Positions 41,304-51,058 of a stretch of 64,000 nt of DNA are shown piece by piece. The position numbers and the translations under genes were made by a program. The DNA is from Nitrosopumilus sp. (GTDB taxonomy: Archaea > Thermoproteota > Nitrososphaeria > Nitrososphaerales > Nitrosopumilaceae), in NCBI GenBank assembly GCA_965238275.1, contig OZ250186.1:960001-1024000 (forward strand), given 5' to 3'. Each line of letters begins with the position of its first letter. The first letter of the stretch is position 1. The notes under the pieces are model-generated. The model searched no databases. It was not told where the DNA came from and was given only the letters and a program-made list of their open reading frames with translations.

Positions 41304-41525
41304 TTGGCAGATGGGCCAAAGCTTCCCGTATTCACAAAGAGGGACATAATGTTAAGGGGAACGGTAATCGCCGTACTAATCTCGGTTCCATCGCTCGTAG
41401 CCTTTGTACTGGTCTGGATAATTCTAGGCGATATGATACTTGGGGCCATACTTGGTGCCGTCATCCACTTCATAGCCATGGGGTTCTCCCTGAAGATATC
41501 AAAGAGACTGCTGGTCAGAGGATGA
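41304..41525 (+). CDS. Small two-TM protein
   Basis: Hydrophobic hairpin; start uncertain. Confidence 0.6.
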   Translation: MADGPKLPVFTKRDIMLRGTVIAVLISVPSLVAFVLVWIILGDMILGAILGAVIHFIAMGFSLKISKRLLVRG

Positions 41526-41546
41526 CACATATTTCCCACGTCCGCC

Positions 41547-41909
41547 TTGGGAATGATGAGCATGTCACAGATCGAGGCAAACCTAGTCTCTGAGATAGGA
41601 CTGAGTCACATACAGGCAAGAGTGTACCTGCTGGTTACGTGCCATGGAAAGATGTCATCTGCAGAGATTTCCCGACGATTGGGAATTCAGCCCGATGATG
41701 CCCGGAAGGCAGCCGAGGATCTGATGGCGCTGGGCGCATTCATCGACATCTCAGATACTGAGTTTGAAGCGATGCATCCCCGATTCACGGCAGTCAACAT
41801 GTTTCGAAAGATGTGCCAGCGGACGGGGACGACCTTTCAGAGGAACCGGACAGTCGACAACATAGGGGCTCTCCTGGAGAAGCCGTATGATGATGCAAGA
41901 ACTAAATAA
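41547..41909 (+). CDS. TrmB-like HTH protein
   Basis: IGLSHIQARVYLLL...SAEISRRLG. Confidence 0.75.
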   Translation: MGMMSMSQIEANLVSEIGLSHIQARVYLLVTCHGKMSSAEISRRLGIQPDDARKAAEDLMALGAFIDISDTEFEAMHPRFTAVNMFRKMCQRTGTTFQRNRTVDNIGALLEKPYDDARTK

Positions 41910-41925
41910 TGCAGGTGATGGCTTG

Positions 41926-42324
41926 ATGGCATTGGACACCGAGACCTGTAAGCATCAGCCTGTATACAATGGAGTGATAAACATCAACATAAACGAAAGA
42001 ACAATCGGTTCTGTCGATGTATGGCGGTGCGGTGCCTGCAAAAAACGATTCTGTGAAGAAAAGCAGCTTGGAATCGAGGAACTGGCGGATCTGGTGGGCA
42101 TGCCCAAAATAAGCCCCGATCAAAAGTGGGCAGTGACAGTATGCAAGTTACAAAAGGACAAGTACCGATGGAAACTGGTGAGGGTGAACCAGAACGGCAC
42201 CATCAAACACGAGTGCATTGATGAGCGGCAAGTCACACTCAATGTTGCAGAATACAAGGTTGACGACAACGATCACTGGAGCTTTCTAATTGACGACAAC
42301 ATCAACAAGGCAGTAGAGATTTAG
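41926..42324 (+). CDS. Hypothetical Cys-containing protein
   Basis: CKH...CGAC...C; operon position. Confidence 0.7.
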   Translation: MALDTETCKHQPVYNGVINININERTIGSVDVWRCGACKKRFCEEKQLGIEELADLVGMPKISPDQKWAVTVCKLQKDKYRWKLVRVNQNGTIKHECIDERQVTLNVAEYKVDDNDHWSFLIDDNINKAVEI

Positions 42325-42330
42325 GTTCTG

Positions 42331-42615
42331 ATGGATCTCAAAGTTCACATAAATGATGTTCACGGCAGTCAGATGGCAGCCAAGATCAACGGCCGATTCG
42401 TTTTGGACGGCACCGAATTTCATTTTACCGCAATTGCATTTGGTAGGATAGGGGGCCAGAACATAGGTGCAAAGATCTCCAAAACCACTGAAAAAAAACT
42501 GCAGGATCTGGGCTATGACCCGGATGAGGTCATCATGCTACTCCAAAGGAGCCTGCTTCAGGGAGACCTGAATCTTCCGGAGGGCCTTAAAAGGGAGTCT
42601 TTCGCAGACGGCTAG
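42331..42615 (+). CDS. Hypothetical protein
   Basis: 94-aa ORF in operon. Confidence 0.7.
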   Translation: MDLKVHINDVHGSQMAAKINGRFVLDGTEFHFTAIAFGRIGGQNIGAKISKTTEKKLQDLGYDPDEVIMLLQRSLLQGDLNLPEGLKRESFADG

Positions 42616-43403
42616 AACTCGGCCTCTTCTAGCGCCTTGGCACAGGAGCATCCCCTCGAGTGTGGAACCCTGCCTATCAGGCTTGTCAGAAGATCCCTTG
42701 TCCTCTTGACGTTTTCAGATATGGTCGCCATGACTTCCTTTGTGGTGACTGGCTTTTCCGCCCATACGTCATAGTCTGTTACAGTCGCTATTGACACATA
42801 GCACATCTGGGCCTCCCTTGCCAGCTGGCACTCCGGAACCAGCGTCATTCCGATTATGTCTGCACCCGTAGACCTGTAGAACCGTGATTCGGCCTTTGTT
42901 GAAAACCGTGGTCCCTCAATGCATACGTACGTGGCATCGGCATGGATCTGCATGTCCTTCTCCTGCGCTGCTGCAAGTACTGATGATTGCATCTCCGGAC
43001 AGAATGGATCTGCCACTGATATGTGAATCACCCTGCCTTCTTCTGAAAACGAGCCCTTTCTTGACTTTGTAAAATCCAGAAACTGTGACGGCATGACAAA
43101 ACGACCCGGTGCCAGATCCTCCCTGAGGCTTCCCACTGCCGAGGGTGAGACGATCCTGCTAATTCCAAGCTCCCTGAATGCCCATATGTTTGCCCTGAAG
43201 TTGATCATGTGGGGCGGAATGGTATGGCCTCTTCCGTGCCTTGGAAGAAATGCGATCCTTCTTCCCTTGAAGGTTCCCACCGTGATGGCATCTGAGGGCA
43301 TCCCGTACGGCGTCTTGATGGTAATCTCGTGTACATCATCAAGAAGACCAGAGTCGTAAATCCCGGTGCCGCCAAATATTCCTATCTCTGCACTCTCTTC
43401 CAC
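42612..43403 (-). CDS. mtnP: S-methyl-5'-thioadenosine phosphorylase
   Basis: [29 protein letters not shown]. Confidence 0.94.
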   Translation of the reverse strand: MEESAEIGIFGGTGIYDSGLLDDVHEITIKTPYGMPSDAITVGTFKGRRIAFLPRHGRGHTIPPHMINFRANIWAFRELGISRIVSPSAVGSLREDLAPGRFVMPSQFLDFTKSRKGSFSEEGRVIHISVADPFCPEMQSSVLAAAQEKDMQIHADATYVCIEGPRFSTKAESRFYRSTGADIIGMTLVPECQLAREAQMCYVSIATVTDYDVWAEKPVTTKEVMATISENVKRTRDLLTSLIGRVPHSRGCSCAKALEEAEF

Positions 43404-43915
43404 TAGTATTTCACCAATGACTTGCAGCCGTACCCTTTGATCTTTTTGGTTCCGTTGAGATCTGTCAGTTCGATGATAAACGCAAATCCTGCAACCGTCC
43501 CGCCAATCTTCTCTACGAGTCTTGCAGATGTCATCGCAGTACCGCCGGTTGCAAGCATGTCATCACATATGACCACCCTCTGCCCGCTGCTGATGGCATC
43601 CTTTTGGATTTCCATCGTGTCCTTGCTGTATTCTGTGGTGTATGTTGATTTTGCAGTCTTTCCGGGAAGCTTTCCTGCCTTTCTAATCATCACCATGCCC
43701 TTGTTGTATCTTGTGGCAAGCAAGCATGCCAGAATGAATCCCCTCGAGTCAATTCCTGCAAACAGATCGACATCCCTGGGGTTGTAATGCCTTGAAAACT
43801 CGTCTGCAATCGTGCTCATGGCTGAGGGATCCCTGAGCATGGGACCAAAGTCCCTGAATATGATTCCCTTTTTGGGAAAATTCGGATAGTCTGCTATTCT
43901 GTCTCTTAGGTTCAT
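43403..43915 (-). CDS. apt: Adenine phosphoribosyltransferase
   Basis: [29 protein letters not shown]. Confidence 0.94.
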   Translation of the reverse strand: MNLRDRIADYPNFPKKGIIFRDFGPMLRDPSAMSTIADEFSRHYNPRDVDLFAGIDSRGFILACLLATRYNKGMVMIRKAGKLPGKTAKSTYTTEYSKDTMEIQKDAISSGQRVVICDDMLATGGTAMTSARLVEKIGGTVAGFAFIIELTDLNGTKKIKGYGCKSLVKY

Positions 43916-44179
43916 ACCACACTGGCAAAACAGGTAAAATAAAATTGTTTGATTCTGCCGTGCGTGGTACCGTTCAGGGCTTGGGCCCGTATATGACGCG
44001 CAACTGTCATGAAACCTGGTACATCCGTACCTGCATTCCGGACGCCGTCAGAGTATTTTGCATGTGGCAGAATTTCTGATGAATCCGTCATGGATATGGA
44101 ATGGCAGTGGCGCTATCCTATTGCATGTGTGGTATTTGCAGACCGGGGCACCCGTTGGCCGGAATTGCCACGTTGGCAG

Positions 44180-46330
44180 CTATCGGGTTCCTATCTGGTA
44201 TGCGGTCTCTGCAGATCTGAAATGGTCACTGGCCTTTACGGTGTATACGCCGGGTTCTAGGTCTGATGGAATGCGCCATATGACTTCGGCCTTCCCTGAA
44301 TCTGTGGATACGATCTCCAGCATAGCTATCTCCTTGCCGTCACTTGAGGTTATTGTTATGATTACCTGGTTCCCGCTGCTGCCTGCCACCTTGATATCAA
44401 GCGTTCCTGAAATTGTCTCCCCTGGGGTTACCTGTATCGACATTCCGTCCTTGGCTGGCGCAAACACACCGATATCTATAGTGTCAAAGTTGGCGCCGCT
44501 TCTTGCAGTGATGGTCCATGTGCCGAGTACCGCATCGTGAGGAATTCTGAAGGTGGACTCTGTTATCCTTCCCTCCAGGTCAGAGTACGTCTCCTTGACC
44601 CTGATCACGTCTCCGTCGGGATCCATCAGTATGATATCTAGCAGGACGTTGGGAGACGTCTCACCCAGTATCAGCATCTGGTCGTCTGGTTCATAGTCGT
44701 ATTTTGTGGTCTTGATTTCAATCTTCCCGGATTTCGTGTCCAGTCCTACCGAGAATTTCTCATCGCTTGCCGAAGTCCCCTTGCTGACGACTGCAGTATA
44801 TATTCCTGGGACATAGTCTGACAGATCAAGCAGGTGTGTCTGTTTTCCGTTTACCTGCAGCGTTATTGATGTTGCATTATTTTTGGGTTTGTCAAACGGA
44901 TCAATTATGAGCAGACTGACAATATCGGATGCATCCCCAGTCAATGTAATTATCGCAATATCGTCTGGCCTGTAGTTTAGCTTGTCAAACTCCAGGTTGA
45001 CTGGAATCTCGGGCAGCTGCCCAAGCCCTGCATAGATGAGCTCCTCTTCAATGCCCTGTGTTGCAATCAGCGTGTATGTCCCCACCGGCGAGTTCTGCGT
45101 GGTTTCATAGCTGAGGCTTATTCTGCCATCCCTGTCCGTACGCAGTTCATCTGCGAGCAGCTCGTTTCCAAACGGATCCTCCAGAACCATCCTGATTGCC
45201 ATGTCCGGCAACGCTGTTCCGCTAAAGACAATGGTCTCGCCGCGGTCAAATTTTAACATGGGGGTGGATATGATGATGACCTGATTTGATTCTACTGTCA
45301 TCTGCCTTTGTATGCTCTCCCGTCCGTCGGTAACTGTTATGCTGAATTTGCCAAACGGTGCATCCAGCGGCACGATGATAGGCTCCTCCAGACTCCAGTC
45401 ACCTCCCGAATAGATCTCGGCTGTTCGGGAGTTTGTTATTACGCCATCCTGGGTTCTCATCTCAACTGTTACGACGTTGCCGGGATTTCCAGTACCTGAC
45501 AGGTCCAAAGAGGTTCCCCTGTGTGCCACTCTTGGGATTCCATCAACTTCCAAATCTATGTCATCTGATACGAAAATATTGACTGGCGTCTCCCTTACTC
45601 TTATGCTGATCTCCTTTTCCTGGTCATCCTCTGCTATGACTGCAAACACCATCCTGCCTGGCTCGATATTGCCCGGTATGTTCATCGTGGTGACGAACCT
45701 GCCTTTCTCATCTGTAGTGAAACTACCTGCCTCTACTGTATCTATGTGAAAATTAAATTCCCTGTCTGCCCCGAAACCGTCTCCGACTACCCTGATAGTT
45801 GATCCCACGTTGGGCGTCTCTGGAATTATCCTAAAGACTGATCCTGGCAGTATGCTTGGGTCCTCCTCCTCTTTTGGAGGTATCACCACCTGTTCACTGG
45901 GAATCTCTTCGGCAAACGTCTTGTTTGTGTCTATCTGGTTGCCGTCTGCATCCAGTGCCCTCCAGTTGATTCCAGCGGAATCCGAATCCATCTTTACCCC
46001 GAACTTTACAGACTCCCCTGGCATGAGCGGCGTCGCCGATGTAAATATCAGCACTCCATGGGGGGTTCTCTCACCCATCCAGCCACTTTCTGCCTTGAAT
46101 GACTTGAATGTGGCGCCGCTACCGGGCCAGATTCTGAGCAGTTCCATGTCCACTCCTGACTCGTTAGTAAACTCTATGACTGTGGTTCCCTCCAACGCTA
46201 TGCTGCTGGCATCGATTCCCTCTGCATGCGCCTCGGGCGTATATGCAACAGGTATAGCTACAAGTACTGCTACAAGCACAGCAAACGAAAGGAAAACCCT
46301 GCCTGATGGGGTTCTGTGCATTGACTTCAA
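44180..46330 (-). CDS. Large secreted Ig-like/beta-sandwich surface protein
   Basis: Signal peptide; repeated acidic beta-rich modules (DP.G, G.YT). Confidence 0.75.
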   Translation of the reverse strand: MKSMHRTPSGRVFLSFAVLVAVLVAIPVAYTPEAHAEGIDASSIALEGTTVIEFTNESGVDMELLRIWPGSGATFKSFKAESGWMGERTPHGVLIFTSATPLMPGESVKFGVKMDSDSAGINWRALDADGNQIDTNKTFAEEIPSEQVVIPPKEEEDPSILPGSVFRIIPETPNVGSTIRVVGDGFGADREFNFHIDTVEAGSFTTDEKGRFVTTMNIPGNIEPGRMVFAVIAEDDQEKEISIRVRETPVNIFVSDDIDLEVDGIPRVAHRGTSLDLSGTGNPGNVVTVEMRTQDGVITNSRTAEIYSGGDWSLEEPIIVPLDAPFGKFSITVTDGRESIQRQMTVESNQVIIISTPMLKFDRGETIVFSGTALPDMAIRMVLEDPFGNELLADELRTDRDGRISLSYETTQNSPVGTYTLIATQGIEEELIYAGLGQLPEIPVNLEFDKLNYRPDDIAIITLTGDASDIVSLLIIDPFDKPKNNATSITLQVNGKQTHLLDLSDYVPGIYTAVVSKGTSASDEKFSVGLDTKSGKIEIKTTKYDYEPDDQMLILGETSPNVLLDIILMDPDGDVIRVKETYSDLEGRITESTFRIPHDAVLGTWTITARSGANFDTIDIGVFAPAKDGMSIQVTPGETISGTLDIKVAGSSGNQVIITITSSDGKEIAMLEIVSTDSGKAEVIWRIPSDLEPGVYTVKASDHFRSAETAYQIGTR

Positions 46331-46370
46331 GTTCTTGATCTCTCACTTAAACCTTAAAGAACTTTTACCG

Positions 46371-46431
46371 GTAAGTGGTTAGGTTTACGCCTAATTCCAC
46401 AATGCTGCAGACATCGAACCTAAACAGTTAC
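46371..46431 (+). mobile_element. 61-bp MITE (IS66-like termini), 9-bp TSD CTTTTACCG
   Basis: TIRs GTAAGTGGTTAGGTT / AACCTAAACAGTTAC (13/15); TSD 46362-46370 and 46432-46440. Confidence 0.92.
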
Positions 46432-46562
46432 CTTTTACCGTATGTGCCCAAGTCCATGCTCAGGTTCTGGTCGGAGATAAGCATGAATGCTGACATGACC
46501 GCATATGCCTGTGCCTGCGTTTTTTCCCTGGCGTGTTGTGAGGTGCCGTATCCCCTGATGTC

Positions 46563-48656
46563 TCAGCGCCTGGGTCTCATGTCTTTATAATTGGGAGCCG
46601 GAGCGGCATTCTGATACTGCCTGATTCTCTCTGCAATAAGCCTGTACAGCGATCTGAACTGATCCTTGGTTTTGTCCGAGAGGAAGCCGGTCTCGCCCAA
46701 TGTGATCTTTTCACAGACGTACCTTGTGATGTCTTCATTGTCAAACACTCCCCAGCCGTCGTCTGCATGCTCCTCCCAGACAGTTCTCAGCTTGTCCAGT
46801 ATCCCCCTTCCATCCTTTGGCATGACATCCTGGGCGGTAATATTTGCAAACCCCTCGTTTCTCAGTTTTATCTCATATGTCTGGTTTACAGGATACATGT
46901 AATCCTCAGGTACGATATAGTCCTCTATCGACTCCAACTTCTTTCCGTTCATCTCAAAGATGATCGTCTGTACCGGCGAAAAGCCGTTGGAATTCAGATG
47001 TGTCGAGATCTGCTTGGATTCGTCCGTGTTGTCCAGCAGGATAAACGTCTTGTATCCGTGGTTTCTGTGAAATATTGCCAGAGGAAGGACTGCGTTCTTG
47101 TTGTATGCGGCTACAACGTTGAGCGGATTCATTGATATGTTTGGATCCTGAAGGAACTTGTCAAATGCGTTGAGATACATCGCATCGGACATCGTCTCCA
47201 CTATGATTACAGGTCTTGAGTTTGTTCCAATCTCCCGGTCCACTATGGATTCAACTTGGCCCCTTGAGAGTCCATAGAGGATAGGCGTCAGCGTCTTGTC
47301 ATCTGCATTCCAATAGTCATAAAAGATTCTGCTGAGGTGCTTTCTCTTGTCCAGCTCCACTACAAGCAGGTTTCCCGGCGTGTAGTCAAATATCATGAAC
47401 GGTGAGTGGGTTGCATACAGAACCTGGTTGGATCCGGCCAGGTTCTTGAGCAGGTTCGAGATTCCCATCTGCTGTGTGGGGTGGAGGTTTCTTGCAGGCT
47501 CGTCTAGCAGCAACAACGCCTCCTTCAGCTCCGCCCTCTGGGTTTCGGCTGCAAAGTTCACAATAAATGAAAACGTCCACTTGAAGCCCTCGGCCCTCCT
47601 GTTGAGCAGTCCTGTGTTTGTAATTGTTCCATCCCTGTGTACATCTGAAATTACCACACTCATGATGTTTCCCGGATTGTATCTTAGATCCACATGGATC
47701 GGTTCTCCCTTCCATGCAGGATTCAACTTTCTAGTCAGTCTGTTGCTTGCCGTGTTGAGAAGCTTTATGCATTTTGACGGGTTGTTCTTTACTGCCTCAA
47801 GCTCATCTATGTTGAGCTCTGCAAGATAAAAGAGGTTTCTTACAGTTTCAGCCCTGTCAAACTCCTCTATAACCTCGATGGAATTGGTTCTCTGATTGTT
47901 CTCTTCCCTGATAAACTCGTTAAGATTGATGCTGCCGTAGATCTTTTTGTAGTCTGAAAAGTAGACAAATCTTGGATGCATCTCTGATTCGATAAAATTC
48001 TGCATGGCAGTCTTTTCGCTGTTGCCGCTGAGCAGACTGGCAAACTGGTTTTCAGGGCTGTTGCAGATCTCCTCCCACTTCTCAATAACCTTTGGTTCCT
48101 GAACTGCTATCACCTGAAAATGGTTGCTAAACTCTGCCAGCTCCCCTTCAAACGTCTCCTGGTTCTTTGGAATAGACCCGTCAAAGAATTTTGTATCTAT
48201 CTGTATCCTCAGATGGTTTGGAATCGTATCCAGAAACCCGATAACCTGTTTTGTAAAGTTCTCCCACGAGTTAATATTGCCGCTATCCCCGTCGTCCAAC
48301 TCGATCTCATCAAACTTGTATTGAACCTTCGATCTTCTGTTTGTCCTGAACAGTCTGATCTTTTTTATCTCCGGAATTCCCGGAAACTTCTCCCTGATTA
48401 TGGCCGTTTCACGCAGATTCAGCTCAAACTCACCTTCGACTAGCTTGACCTCGTCTTTGAGCTCTTCACTCATTTCATCGCAAAGATCCAGCTCTGATAC
48501 CTGCTCGTCTTTGTTTAGCAATGTCAATGCCTGAAGGATGGTCGTCTTGCCACTCTCGTTTCTGCCAACAAAGGCTGCCAAATCCTCAACTGTTATCTCC
48601 CCAGAGTCATGAATGCAACGATATGCCCTGACTCTGAATTTTCTGAGTCGCATCAA
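46563..48656 (-). CDS. ABC-type ATPase with C-terminal TOPRIM-like domain (OLD-family-like)
   Basis: GRNESGKT, LLLLDEP, YATHSP, IIVETMSD...LLD. Confidence 0.8.
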   Translation of the reverse strand: MMRLRKFRVRAYRCIHDSGEITVEDLAAFVGRNESGKTTILQALTLLNKDEQVSELDLCDEMSEELKDEVKLVEGEFELNLRETAIIREKFPGIPEIKKIRLFRTNRRSKVQYKFDEIELDDGDSGNINSWENFTKQVIGFLDTIPNHLRIQIDTKFFDGSIPKNQETFEGELAEFSNHFQVIAVQEPKVIEKWEEICNSPENQFASLLSGNSEKTAMQNFIESEMHPRFVYFSDYKKIYGSINLNEFIREENNQRTNSIEVIEEFDRAETVRNLFYLAELNIDELEAVKNNPSKCIKLLNTASNRLTRKLNPAWKGEPIHVDLRYNPGNIMSVVISDVHRDGTITNTGLLNRRAEGFKWTFSFIVNFAAETQRAELKEALLLLDEPARNLHPTQQMGISNLLKNLAGSNQVLYATHSPFMIFDYTPGNLLVVELDKRKHLSRIFYDYWNADDKTLTPILYGLSRGQVESIVDREIGTNSRPVIIVETMSDAMYLNAFDKFLQDPNISMNPLNVVAAYNKNAVLPLAIFHRNHGYKTFILLDNTDESKQISTHLNSNGFSPVQTIIFEMNGKKLESIEDYIVPEDYMYPVNQTYEIKLRNEGFANITAQDVMPKDGRGILDKLRTVWEEHADDGWGVFDNEDITRYVCEKITLGETGFLSDKTKDQFRSLYRLIAERIRQYQNAAPAPNYKDMRPRR

Positions 48657-48854
48657 GCCATATTTAGTTGGCTTCGATTTAACTTATTCGACGTTTGATT
48701 TGGGAATTATATGGATTGGCAGACCCCACATATTGACAACGCTGTTCCACGCCGGCGAATGTTTGGTTGTCCCGTAGTGCAACCACGTGTTTGGGCAGCT
48801 GCATGCTTGTGCAACCCCGCCTAGATTTGGCTGGGACGAGTATGTACGCCTGAC

Positions 48855-48914
48855 TAAGTGGTTAGGTTTACGCCTAATTCCACAATGCTGCAGACATCGA
48901 ACCTAAACAGTTAC
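48855..48914 (+). mobile_element. 61-bp MITE, third copy (first G missing), degenerate 8-bp TSD CGCCTGAC/CGCCCGAC
   Basis: Identical to 46372-46431. Confidence 0.88.
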
Positions 48915-48927
48915 CGCCCGACTCCGC

Positions 48928-50446
48928 TATAGTGAAAAGCGAAAGTCCGTGCAATTTTGAGATCCTTTTTAAGAAAATAAATCCCAACTACAGGTATGAT
49001 TGTCAGCAGAATCATCAAGATAACACAATCTCGGGAACTGTCGCGCAAGATCGTGAAATGCTCCCGGGAAACAGACATCATTTACGACATGACGATCATG
49101 ATGAAACTTGCACACCCGGGAACCACACAGTTTGATGTCAACAACCTGATAACAGGATGGCGCAGGGAATTCGGCCTGACCAACAGCGTCCGCATGCATG
49201 AGGCCGCCTCAAAACAGGCTTTCCAGGCGGCAGTCAAATTCCGCAAGGCAAACCGGCTCAAGCACAACAAGCGCATCTGGCGCAAGAAACAGATCAAGCT
49301 GGGGGAAAAGAAGACGTACAGGCACAACAGGTGGACCGAGCCGTCTGGCCTGATGAGGCGCGGCAGGAAAACAACCAGGCTGCGCTCGCTGAATTCACGC
49401 GGAAAGCCAAAACTGCGGGACGATGGCACCGTATTTCTGCCCGGACTCGGGGAAGTAAGGCCGCGCGTAAAGATCCCGGAAGGCAGGTTCGTGTCATTCC
49501 AGATGATTGATGTTACGAAAAAAGTCACGCGCAGGACGAAAGATTCTGACTGCGAATTCAGGCCGTGCCTGCAAATCGAGGTTCCGGATCCCGAACCCGT
49601 GACAGACGGCGACGGCGACAGCTGCAAGGCCGGATTGGATCTTGGAGTCAGGCACCTTGCGGCAGTCGCAGACGAGCATGGGAATGAAAAATTGTACAAT
49701 GTCCCGGGAGGCTGCAAGAGGCATGACGGCGACAGGATTGATCAGCTGAAATCACTTAGATCAAGATGCCAGACAGGCTCCAGAAGATGGAAAGAGATCG
49801 GCCGCAAGATAGCGCATGAATTGAAAAATATATCAAACAGGCAAAAACACAACGAGATCGACATTGCCAGGCGGATAACAAAAGGGCTGTCTACATTGTT
49901 CTTGGAAGACATGGATTTGACCAAGATGAGGCGATCCAACGGAAATTCCTCAAAGACGGGGCTGAACCGCGAGATGGCATACTCCAGGATGGGGGAGTTT
50001 CGATGTCAGCTTGAATGGCAGATGAAAAAGAAAGGCGGCGTTGCAAAACGCGTGAAATACAGGTACACGAGCCAGAAATGCGCTGCCTGCCAAATAGTGG
50101 ACAGGAAGTCCAGAAACGGCGAATCCTTTGTCTGCGTGTCCTGCGGGTGGTACCACCATGCCGACAAGAACGCGGCAAAAAACATCTTGGATAATGACTG
50201 TCTCCATACGGAGGAGACTGGCGGCCAAGCCCACGGGAATCGTGGAGGCACCATTGCAGGTGTCGAGGTCGTCACAAGGCGCGAGGATCACGGATCGGAT
50301 GGTTCTGGAATGAACGATTCGACAAGCCGGCTTGGACCCGGCAACAAGGATGATGATGATGTTGGAAGATCTGACAGAGCGCCGGAAAGAGCATCAGGAC
50401 ATGCTACAGAGAGATCTGTTTGCACGAACTTTCGCTCGCCGCTATA
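48928..50446 (+). mobile_element. TIR-bounded non-autonomous element carrying tnpB
   Basis: Left TATAGTGAAAAGCGAAAGTCCGTGCAA (48928-48954) vs reverse complement of right TATAGCGGCGAGCGAAAGTTCGTGCAA (50420-50446), 22/27 identical. Confidence 0.75.
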
Positions 50447-50447
50447 A
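48996..50447 (+). CDS. tnpB: RNA-guided endonuclease TnpB
   Basis: RuvC-I GLDLG, RuvC-II FLEDM, YTSQKCAAC...CVSC zinc finger, RuvC-III HADKNAAKNI. Confidence 0.92.
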   Translation: MIVSRIIKITQSRELSRKIVKCSRETDIIYDMTIMMKLAHPGTTQFDVNNLITGWRREFGLTNSVRMHEAASKQAFQAAVKFRKANRLKHNKRIWRKKQIKLGEKKTYRHNRWTEPSGLMRRGRKTTRLRSLNSRGKPKLRDDGTVFLPGLGEVRPRVKIPEGRFVSFQMIDVTKKVTRRTKDSDCEFRPCLQIEVPDPEPVTDGDGDSCKAGLDLGVRHLAAVADEHGNEKLYNVPGGCKRHDGDRIDQLKSLRSRCQTGSRRWKEIGRKIAHELKNISNRQKHNEIDIARRITKGLSTLFLEDMDLTKMRRSNGNSSKTGLNREMAYSRMGEFRCQLEWQMKKKGGVAKRVKYRYTSQKCAACQIVDRKSRNGESFVCVSCGWYHHADKNAAKNILDNDCLHTEETGGQAHGNRGGTIAGVEVVTRREDHGSDGSGMNDSTSRLGPGNKDDDDVGRSDRAPERASGHATERSVCTNFRSPL

Positions 50448-50472
50448 ATAGATATAAGGGAATTGGAGATCC

Positions 50473-50552
50473 TAGTTAGTTGTATAACTCCAATCTCGTG
50501 CGTAAATTATCACCAATAAAACACGATCTAGACACGATTATGCAACAAACTA
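50473..50552. mobile_element. 80-bp MITE, 15-bp TIRs, 8-bp TSD GGAGATCC
   Basis: TAGTTAGTTGTATAA...TTATGCAACAAACTA (13/15); TSD 50465-50472 and 50553-50560. Confidence 0.75.
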
Positions 50553-50569
50553 GGAGATCCTAAAACAAA

Positions 50570-51013
50570 ATGGCATCAAAGACCGTTCTTATATTTATAC
50601 TGCCTGTGTTGTTCTCGATAGTGTTTGGATCCGCAGTAATGGCCGATATTCTTCAAAAGCCTGATCGTACCCTGAATATGTGGCCTGTGTCATCTGAGAC
50701 CACATCTCATGAAGCCCTTGAGATCATCGGACTATCCGAGCACTACTCTGTATCCGAGTTAATAACAGCACAATTCGTAGTATCCGATCCCTCTTTTGAC
50801 TGCGCCGATCTATATGTTACAATTTATTCAGAAAACGTGTCTGTCAGCCAAAACGGATTCTTTAAACAATGTTTCGGGAATGAAGGCATCATTCCGGTAG
50901 ATGATACGTTCTCTGAGACCATTGACACTCCGGGATCCTATGAATTGGTGGCACAGCTTGGATCAGAAAACTTGGGATTCATTCTGGCTAGCGAAATATT
51001 TACTGTTAAATAG
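50570..51013 (+). CDS. Hypothetical secreted/membrane-anchored protein
   Basis: Signal-like N-terminus, beta-rich body. Confidence 0.75.
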   Translation: MASKTVLIFILPVLFSIVFGSAVMADILQKPDRTLNMWPVSSETTSHEALEIIGLSEHYSVSELITAQFVVSDPSFDCADLYVTIYSENVSVSQNGFFKQCFGNEGIIPVDDTFSETIDTPGSYELVAQLGSENLGFILASEIFTVK

Positions 51014-51058
51014 GAACATCCTATGATAAATATGAGGCGATTCTAAAGGTGTGGTGTT

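Noticed and set aside
46371-48914. Composite transposon carrying the OLD-like ATPase between two direct 61-bp repeats
   Set aside because: Each copy has its own distinct TSD, so they are independent insertions.
48855-48914. The 61-bp repeat as the IS605 left-end hairpin of the tnpB element
   Set aside because: It occurs twice elsewhere without tnpB and has its own TIRs and TSD.
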